Under the pieces are notes generated by a model that was not told the origin of the DNA, did not search any database, and saw only the letters and a list, made by a program, of their open reading frames with translations. Positions 25,590 through 32,000 of a DNA stretch of 32,000 nucleotides are shown piece after piece. Source of the stretch: Candidatus Thorarchaeota archaeon (lineage in GTDB: Archaea; Asgardarchaeota; Heimdallarchaeia; Hodarchaeales; Hodarchaeaceae); contig JBHLRO010000001.1 in the NCBI GenBank assembly GCA_048882505.1, positions 240,001 through 272,000 of the forward strand, in the 5' to 3' direction. Position 1 is the stretch's first letter. Every line of letters begins with the position of its first letter. The position numbers were made by a program, and so were the translations under genes.

Positions 25590-27668
25590 GTGTTAAATGA
25601 GGTAACTCCAATCTTGGATAATAGGAATAAAATTGGATGGTTCCAAAGAAAGGATCTAAAACCTCCCAAAGACCTTAAATCAGTATTTAAATCACTCAGA
25701 AATTATTTGGCCGGAAACCTAAAAGGCACAACTAGAGATGAAAGATTAGCAGAACAGTTGATTTTCCTTCTCTTCTGTAAAATACAGGATGAGATACAGA
25801 CAAAACAAGAAGAACCAGTTTTATTCCAATTACATCATCCTTCCAATATTACACTTGATGAAAGGGTGAAAAAACTCTTTGTTCACCTTAAAGATGCATT
25901 TCCAATCGCATTCGATGAGAAAGATAAAATTAATATCGATTCTTATAGTTTAATGCATTTAACCAAGGTATTGCAGCCCTTCAGCATTAGTGAGGCCAGT
26001 AGAGACTCAATCGGGGATGCCTTTGAGATTTTTTTGGGGCCTTCTCTACGAGGAAACAAAGGTCAGTTCTTCACCCCCAAGAATGTTGTAAAAACAATGG
26101 TTTCGATTTTAGACCCCAAACCAGGAGAATCAGTCATAGATCCCGCCTGTGGAACGGGAGGTTTCTTAATAGAAGTTATCAAACATCTTAAGGACGAAAA
26201 TAACAAAAAACCTACATCCTTACCTCCCATCGCCAATATTTACGGAATTGACAAAGATAGGTTCTTGGCAAAGATAGCCCGGCTTTATTTGATGATCCTT
26301 GGGGCGGATTACAATCCCATTTTCTGTGAAAACTCCTTAACAGATCCAAAAAGTTGGGGGCTCGAATTATCATCGAAAATAAAGCAAAACTCGTTTGATA
26401 TCGTAATAACAAATCCCCCTTTCGGATCGAAAATTTCAATAAAAAACCAGGAAATTCTCAATTCTTTTGAATTAGGTCATAGGTGGCAAAAATCTAAGGA
26501 TAAGGAATCTGGGACAATTAGATGGACGAAAACAGCATCGTTGCTCGATTCGCGACCTCCTCAAATACTTTTCATAGAATTAGCGCTTTCCTTACTCAAA
26601 GATGACGGCCGGTTGGGGATTGTTCTTCCGGATGGGATTTTTGGGAATCCAACTGATAGATACATTTTGGAATATCTACAGACACATTCTAAAATCCTAG
26701 GAATAATTAGTTGTTCTGCATTAACTTTTCTTCCCTTTACACACACCAAAACTAGTTTATTATTCCTCCAGAAAAAGAAAAAAGCCGAACCATACGATTT
26801 ATTTATGGCAATCGCGGATAACGTTGGCCATGACAAGAATGGCAAACCCTCATATAAATTGGATGCCTTTGGAAACGTTTTAGAAGATAATAATGGATTT
26901 TCAATTCTTAATGACGATTTCCCTGAAATTATAAGGCGGTTCAACTTGTTTACCAAAGTTAAAAGCCTTAACCATTCTCATCTTGGTTTCTCTTTTCCCT
27001 CTACCTCTCTCCGAAATAATATATTGATTCCCGAATATTATAATCCAGAAATCGATATAGAGTTATCAGAATTGGAGCGAACAGGTGATTACAAGCTAAT
27101 CACAATTGAAAGATTAGTGCTGGAAGGAATAATCGAAATACGGCGTGGTCATGAAATCGGATCAAAATTCTACGGAACCGGAGACATTCCCTTTGTGAGA
27201 ACCTCTGATCTGATAAATTGGGAAATCAATATTGATCCCAAGAAACAGGTATCAGAGGAGATTTATATGCAATACAAACAAAAACAGGACATTCGGGAAG
27301 GAGACATATTGTTCATTAGTGATGGAACCTTCCTTATTGGCAAATCTGCTATGATTACCAAAGAAGATACCAAAATAATAATTCAAAGCCATTTGAAAAA
27401 AATTCGGGCTATTAAGAGGAACTTTTTGGACGAGTACATTTTACTCTGGGCCTTGAACACCGAAATAGTGCAGAAACAGGTTAAATCAAAGACCTTTGTC
27501 CAATCAACAATATCTACCTTGGGAGAACGGATGTTTGAGCTGATACTGCCGATACCAAAGGCTCCCCAACGCCGTGACGAACTCTCACGTGAAATTAAGA
27601 CCATTATCGAACAGAAAATGAAACTCAGAGCTCGAATCCGGGCATCTCTGAATATTTCTAAGGTTTAA
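25590..27668 (+). CDS. N-6 adenine DNA methyltransferase (HsdM/type IIG-like, gamma class) fused to one HsdS-like target-recognition domain
   Basis: 'GQFFTP..VV', 'DPACGTGGFL' (SAM binding) and 'NPPF' (catalytic). The C-terminal 'IPFVRTSD...DILF...G..IGK.A..' region is TRD-like. Confidence 0.9.
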   Translation: MLNEVTPILDNRNKIGWFQRKDLKPPKDLKSVFKSLRNYLAGNLKGTTRDERLAEQLIFLLFCKIQDEIQTKQEEPVLFQLHHPSNITLDERVKKLFVHLKDAFPIAFDEKDKINIDSYSLMHLTKVLQPFSISEASRDSIGDAFEIFLGPSLRGNKGQFFTPKNVVKTMVSILDPKPGESVIDPACGTGGFLIEVIKHLKDENNKKPTSLPPIANIYGIDKDRFLAKIARLYLMILGADYNPIFCENSLTDPKSWGLELSSKIKQNSFDIVITNPPFGSKISIKNQEILNSFELGHRWQKSKDKESGTIRWTKTASLLDSRPPQILFIELALSLLKDDGRLGIVLPDGIFGNPTDRYILEYLQTHSKILGIISCSALTFLPFTHTKTSLLFLQKKKKAEPYDLFMAIADNVGHDKNGKPSYKLDAFGNVLEDNNGFSILNDDFPEIIRRFNLFTKVKSLNHSHLGFSFPSTSLRNNILIPEYYNPEIDIELSELERTGDYKLITIERLVLEGIIEIRRGHEIGSKFYGTGDIPFVRTSDLINWEINIDPKKQVSEEIYMQYKQKQDIREGDILFISDGTFLIGKSAMITKEDTKIIIQSHLKKIRAIKRNFLDEYILLWALNTEIVQKQVKSKTFVQSTISTLGERMFELILPIPKAPQRRDELSREIKTIIEQKMKLRARIRASLNISKV

Positions 27669-27715
27669 CTAAGTAGATCAATTCAGGAAGCGTTTTATTT
27701 GGGCAAGGACTTATA

Positions 27716-28339
27716 TCAATATTCGATTTTATCCACTGCTGTTTTTAAAAGAGCATAGCCTGAAGTATGTAGAGCATGGCCATGTGCGACTATTACTTTA
27801 GAAAATTGGTAATCAAGTAATTTTTTCATTGAAATACGGTGCAGCTTTGGATTTTCATTATATTGATCTGGCATAGGAGCTATTTCCCCTTCATTGGTCA
27901 TAAAACTATCTCCTGCTACTAACAACCCTGTCTCTTGATCTAATAAAGCAATATGGCCTTTCGTGTGTCCTGGAGTGTGGATAACAAGCAATCCTTGGTA
28001 AACCTGTTGAGTCTTTAGTTGATGATCTATTTTCACTCCCGTATCCTGTTTTATTCGCTTGGTTTCCAATTCATGACAAGCTATCTGAGCCATGGTTATT
28101 TCTTTCATTCTCTCTAATCCGCCCGTATGATCTCGATGATAATGTGTGATAATTATATTTGCTATGTCTTTTTCATGATAACCACAGGCCTTTATTTCAG
28201 AAATTAGATTTTTCGCAGTTGGGTCCGTTGCAGTATCAACAAGAACTAGACGAGAGGACGTTAATAGTGCGGTATGGCTCGTTGTTTCTAGTACAAAGGC
28301 ATCTGATCCAATTTTTATCAGCTTCAAACCAACTCCCAT
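27716..28339 (-). CDS. MBL-fold metallo-hydrolase
   Basis: 'THYHRDHTGG' (HxHxDH), 'TPGHTKGH', 'GD' and 'AHG'. Confidence 0.9.
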   Translation of the reverse strand: MGVGLKLIKIGSDAFVLETTSHTALLTSSRLVLVDTATDPTAKNLISEIKACGYHEKDIANIIITHYHRDHTGGLERMKEITMAQIACHELETKRIKQDTGVKIDHQLKTQQVYQGLLVIHTPGHTKGHIALLDQETGLLVAGDSFMTNEGEIAPMPDQYNENPKLHRISMKKLLDYQFSKVIVAHGHALHTSGYALLKTAVDKIEY

Positions 28340-28421
28340 TTTATGTGGACTGGGATATTTCCAAGAAATAAACTTCTATGGGCAGATTACTTCCTTACTT
28401 ATAGGTTTTGCCTATCACCTT

Positions 28422-28435
28422 CAATAGCGCTATTG
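28422..28435. promoter_or_regulatory. Perfect 14-bp palindrome upstream of the MBL gene
   Basis: CAATAGCGCTATTG, next to an ATAGG-TTTTG-CCTAT hairpin (28401-28415). Confidence 0.25.
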
Positions 28436-28468
28436 TTTATTGTGAAAAGAGTCTTAGCCAAATCAATT

Positions 28469-29284
28469 TTAGCGATCAAGGTACCTCACTAATCCTTCGT
28501 CACGTTGGGACGAAGGTTCTAAGTTTCTTAAGTGAATTCGATAATCCTTGACATTCTTTAGCTTACGCAGGCAGATTTCTCGATATTTGGAATCTATTTC
28601 AATTCCAACATAATCCCTTGCCATAAGTTTAGCGACAACGGCCACAGTTCCAACCCCCATAAACGGATCAAAGACAAGATCTCCTTTTTTTGATGCCATT
28701 GCTATAATGCGTTCGATCATTGCCATAGGAAGCTGACATGGATGGGGATCTCGATCCCTACGATGTCTGATTCGATGCAAATCAAACCATAGATCAGAAA
28801 TCTCGTTGGGTTGAACCGCTAAATCATTCTCTCTCTTCCGAATACACGAATTTCGTAAACAAAAAGTATCCTTTGCCTTGGTTAGAATCCTATTGAAGGT
28901 ATAATCAAGTGACTTCGTGTAATAGAGTAAACCATAATGTGCTGGCATGATTTTCCCACGAGGAACAGATAATGCATCCCAAACAATCCAACGCTGCCTG
29001 TACATTAATTGATCAAGGAAGATCGCATAGTACATACACCATTTCGGTAAATTAACCACAAAAATAGAACCCGTTGGCTTCAATATGCGATACAATTGGT
29101 ATAGCCATCTGTTACACCACTTAACATAATCATCTTCGTGTAAATCATCACGATAAGATGTGTACGCTTTATTTAAATTGTAGGGAGGGTCTGTAATGAC
29201 CAAATCTACGCTGTCAGATTTAAATTTGGGCAAAAGTTCTATACAGTCGTCCTGATATATTCGATTACGCTCTATAGCGAGCAT
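28469..29284 (-). CDS. Site-specific DNA methyltransferase, N6_N4 beta class (intact)
   Basis: N-terminal 'DLVITDPPYN' (motif IV), 'HPCQLP...ERII..AS..GDLVFDPFMGVGT' (motif I) and 'YVGIEID'. The ATG at 29284 follows an AGGTGAT RBS. Confidence 0.92.
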   Translation of the reverse strand: MLAIERNRIYQDDCIELLPKFKSDSVDLVITDPPYNLNKAYTSYRDDLHEDDYVKWCNRWLYQLYRILKPTGSIFVVNLPKWCMYYAIFLDQLMYRQRWIVWDALSVPRGKIMPAHYGLLYYTKSLDYTFNRILTKAKDTFCLRNSCIRKRENDLAVQPNEISDLWFDLHRIRHRRDRDPHPCQLPMAMIERIIAMASKKGDLVFDPFMGVGTVAVVAKLMARDYVGIEIDSKYREICLRKLKNVKDYRIHLRNLEPSSQRDEGLVRYLDR

Positions 29285-30170
29285 GAAGATCACCTGGGAA
29301 TGGAGTCAGTAATAGTTTAGAATCGGTATCGCAAGATAAATTTATCAGACGAGCTAGAAGCTGATCAGAAAACACCCCTGATGGGCTAGAAATATACTTC
29401 CATACGTCTGAAATTATAGCCCCGTTATGGTGAATGAGGTGTTTCTTGCCTCCATAATCTTTGATATTTCGGCCACAATATTCACACCGAAATGTTTCGC
29501 GTATACGGTTAATACGAAATCCTTTGTCAGTTTTGAGATAAAAAAGGGTTCCATTGGTCACTGAAGACAGACGTTTTAATACATCATCGTCATGATCAGG
29601 AGGGAGGATTTCGGCTTTACTTACCAACCAATACTTAAAATGCATAAACTTGTCCAGATATACTCCATAATATGGAAGTAGTTCTGGAGTAGAATGGATA
29701 AGGTAATTGCCCCTCTCATTTAAGATTCTGGTTACCTCTTTGATCCATTCTTTATGTGATTCAATCACATAGGATCGATCCGGGTTAGTTTTATACGGCT
29801 TATTTCTGATTCTTGGATCATAGGGAAAGAATGAAATACACGTATCGATAGAGTGTGATGGAAGCTTTTTAAGTTTAGGTAGGTTATTGCAAATCACAAT
29901 TGATTCTGGGATGATATTTTCAATGACAGAATCTGGTTGAATACGTTTTTTAAGAAATTCCTGTTTTACTGATTCATAATCTTGAATATTATATACGTTC
30001 AATACTTCGGATAATTTAAAATATCCTGTTTCTTGCAGAGGATTTGAAAGTTTATTCCCATCTCTATCATACTTGTTAATTAGGCCCGCTGCAATTTTGA
30101 GACGAATGTTTTCCTCTGTTCGATTGGTGATTCGAAACACGTCGGTCAATTTCAGAAATGTTTCTTTCAT
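29265..30170 (-). CDS. HTH (MerR/excisionase-like)-fused degenerate beta-class DNA methyltransferase
   Basis: N-terminal 'FLKLTDVFRIT......IR..I..G.I...YF..SEV' HTH. 'KKLPSHSIDTCISFFPY' aligns to 'SIDLI.TDPPY', followed by 'WIKEV.RIL...G', 'CEYCG', 'ISDVW' and a truncated 'LLTPFPG'. The ATG at 30170 follows a GAGGTGG RBS. Confidence 0.7.
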   Translation of the reverse strand: MKETFLKLTDVFRITNRTEENIRLKIAAGLINKYDRDGNKLSNPLQETGYFKLSEVLNVYNIQDYESVKQEFLKKRIQPDSVIENIIPESIVICNNLPKLKKLPSHSIDTCISFFPYDPRIRNKPYKTNPDRSYVIESHKEWIKEVTRILNERGNYLIHSTPELLPYYGVYLDKFMHFKYWLVSKAEILPPDHDDDVLKRLSSVTNGTLFYLKTDKGFRINRIRETFRCEYCGRNIKDYGGKKHLIHHNGAIISDVWKYISSPSGVFSDQLLARLINLSCDTDSKLLLTPFPGDLHARYRA

Positions 30171-30348
30171 GGAACCACCTCTACAATACTCATTTGGGAG
30201 AGGCATTTAACACAGTAAAAATCTCTCTTCTTATGATCCAAAGAATTAAACTGTGGCTTTAATAGATTGGCGGAAGATAATCTTGGGGGATTTGGATATA
30301 GAAATTCTTAATTGTTGATTTAAGAATCAATTTTTAGAGGTTAATTGG

Positions 30349-31287
30349 TTGGATTTGGTCTTAGGAGTGTCCAAGGGCATCTCACGTTTTATCAAACCTG
30401 ACGGTTTCGAATCCATTGAAAAGGTAATTGTCCCAGAATTGAATGCTATTGAATTTGGACTTTTAAACTGTACATTGGGTCGAACAGTCATTCCTGGAAC
30501 ATTGCCTTATCCTACAGAAGGTCAAGTGGCATCCATTTTATCAGTGGTTCCTGAAGCTTACCATAGAAGTGTACATGGGCCATATAGGATTAGTGCTACA
30601 ACGACTGATCCTAAGAAGCTTCGTTTCTCCAAATCTAATTTATCTGCAACCCTCAGAGTTGCTCAAGGACTTAAAGCAAAAACTGTAACCTTCCATTGTG
30701 GGAGTTTCAAACGTCGGTTTAATACAGAGCATATAAAGGGAGTACTCAAAGATTGGGAACAGAACAGGGTAGAAAAAGGCTTTCTACCACGTTTGGCACC
30801 TGAAGTTGGGGGAAAAGTAAATTCCTATGCAGATTTCTTTACTCTCGCGGAACTGGCAAGTACGATTGAAAATTTACTGATCACTTGGGACATCAGCCAT
30901 GATTTCGCACGTGGAGGAAATGTCACAACCGAAGCGGGGATTCTGAAACGATTAGAAGTATTAGACGATACTTTTGAGTTAAACTCTGAGAATCGCCTGC
31001 CTGTACACTTTAGTGGAATGGTAGTTGGAAAATCGGGAGAAAAACATCATACATTGCTTGACCATGGAACAGGAGTCCCTTGGCAGCTAGTTTTTTCTGT
31101 GTTAAAAGACCAAAAGTATCTAGAAAAGTTAAGCCTGATCTGTGAAAGTAAAATTCCTAAGAAAGAAAGACTCATGGGAAATGCCATCACTGATGCATTA
31201 CTGGTCAAGGAATTTTTACGCTCCAATGTTGTTGTTAAAGAATATAAAGGAAAACCAGGTTATTTGGATTATTATTTTTCTTCATAG
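30349..31287 (+). CDS. nfo: Endonuclease IV (AP endonuclease family 2, archaeal-type TIM barrel)
   Basis: 'HGPY', 'FHCG', 'PEVGGK', 'WDISH', 'HFSG', 'GEKHH' and 'ICES' correspond to the metal-binding motifs of archaeal Nfo-like proteins. Confidence 0.75.
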   Translation: MDLVLGVSKGISRFIKPDGFESIEKVIVPELNAIEFGLLNCTLGRTVIPGTLPYPTEGQVASILSVVPEAYHRSVHGPYRISATTTDPKKLRFSKSNLSATLRVAQGLKAKTVTFHCGSFKRRFNTEHIKGVLKDWEQNRVEKGFLPRLAPEVGGKVNSYADFFTLAELASTIENLLITWDISHDFARGGNVTTEAGILKRLEVLDDTFELNSENRLPVHFSGMVVGKSGEKHHTLLDHGTGVPWQLVFSVLKDQKYLEKLSLICESKIPKKERLMGNAITDALLVKEFLRSNVVVKEYKGKPGYLDYYFSS

Positions 31288-31410
31288 GATAATCATTGCC
31301 ATTTCCAGAAAGCCATACAAAGAGGATAAGCTTTAGAAGCGTTTATGAATACGAAACCTGGGTCGCTAACAAACTTTAATGTGATTTCTAATTCAAGGAT
31401 AGCGTGAAAA

Positions 31411-32000
31411 TTGATATTTCAGGTTGATCCTGTACTCATTGGTTTATTAACTTCAATTTTAACTGGTACAGCTGAAGTACTGATTCTAATGTTCGTTTTT
31501 TTGATAACCTTGTACAGATATTTTAAAACGAACTATATTCAGTTTCTGTATCTTTCCTTGGAATGGCTAGCACTGCTACTTTGGCAAGGATTTACAACAG
31601 CCTCGAACATTGTCTATTATAGCAATCAAGATCCCAGCATACCTAACCTGGCATCTGTTGATCTTGCAACTCTTCTAGGATATTTCGGATATTTTTCTCT
31701 TCTATTCGGTAGCATATTCTTAATCTTATTCGTTGATTCCCTCAGTCGAATGGGTGTAGATCCTGTCAAAGCGATTCTATACGGGATTTTTGTAGGATTG
31801 GGAGTTTATGCTGCTCTACTTCCAGGACAACAAGTTAAGTTCGTTTCAGATCTGACGTTTTACGTTTCTGCTGGATTTTGGGGGTTCCGAGCCATTTTAT
31901 GGACCTATTACTCCGCCCTATTGACCTTAAATTCCCCCAATACGGAAGTAAAAAGATACGCGCTGAGTACTTTTATAGGGTCATTCTTGGTTCTACTAAC
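31411..32000 (+). CDS. Multi-pass (probably 7TM) membrane protein, 3' truncated by window edge; not in the ORF track
   Basis: Open frame from the TTG at 31411: MIFQVDPVLIGLLTSILTGTAEVLILMFVFLITLYRYFKTNYIQFLYLSLEWLALLLW...FLILFVDSLSRMGVDPVKAILY... with about 6 hydrophobic segments before the edge. Confidence 0.75.
   Translation, partial: MIFQVDPVLIGLLTSILTGTAEVLILMFVFLITLYRYFKTNYIQFLYLSLEWLALLLWQGFTTASNIVYYSNQDPSIPNLASVDLATLLGYFGYFSLLFGSIFLILFVDSLSRMGVDPVKAILYGIFVGLGVYAALLPGQQVKFVSDLTFYVSAGFWGFRAILWTYYSALLTLNSPNTEVKRYALSTFIGSFLVLL

Noticed and set aside
28401-28435. 14-bp palindrome plus small hairpin as a notable finding
   Set aside because: A few 14-bp palindromes are expected by chance in 32 kb. 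It is kept only as a low-confidence feature.
27716-31287. MBL hydrolase or endonuclease IV as the missing restriction nuclease
   Set aside because: The MBL is a short standalone domain without a beta-CASP region, and Nfo is an AP-site repair enzyme. Neither resembles a sequence-specific REase.
1059-31336. Numerous 60-170 aa ORFs antisense or out-of-frame within long CDSs (e.g. 9048..9548, 18746..19183, 26561..26956, 10160..10417)
   Set aside because: They lie fully or mostly within well-supported genes and have no recognisable motifs, so they are shadow ORFs.
1-32000. CRISPR arrays, tRNA/rRNA genes, IS elements, integrases
   Set aside because: No regularly spaced direct repeats, cloverleaf or TTCGA T-loop contexts in intergenic DNA, terminal inverted repeats or transposase/integrase motifs were found by eye.

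Overview
Gene-dense archaeal window. Archaeal features include GGTGA/GGAG ribosome-binding sites, TATA-like boxes, a membrane-anchored family-5 solute-binding protein and an archaeal-type endonuclease IV. A PCI+RING-like protein and a multi-pass membrane protein carrying a 'DSLSRxxVDPxK' motif suggest an Asgard archaeon, probably Heimdallarchaeia/Hodarchaeales (inference). Bases 1-23.7 kb form one amino-acid/peptide-derivative catabolic island: D-2-hydroxyacid dehydrogenase (partial), Lrp/AsnC regulator, two MmgE/PrpD paralogs, an aspartate-dehydrogenase-like protein, a class III aminotransferase, a Dpp/Opp-type ABC importer, a DUF6917-like protein, C45, M19, M14/ASPA, M24 and M20 hydrolases, a TIGR04076-like protein, a Cys-tailed hypothetical protein, SelA-like and cysteine-synthase-like PLP enzymes, a cupin and an MFS transporter. 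Many of these enzymes have non-canonical active-site residues. Bases 23.7-32 kb hold a tandem (PCI winged-helix + C4C4 RING-like)x2 protein, an unannotated 45-aa zinc-ribbon microprotein, an orphan N6-adenine methyltransferase fused to a specificity domain, an MBL-fold hydrolase, an overlapping pair of an HTH-fused dead beta-class methyltransferase and an intact one, endonuclease IV, and a 3'-truncated membrane protein. I saw no rRNA, tRNA, CRISPR array or IS element. All family assignments come from motif reading by eye; no database searches were run.
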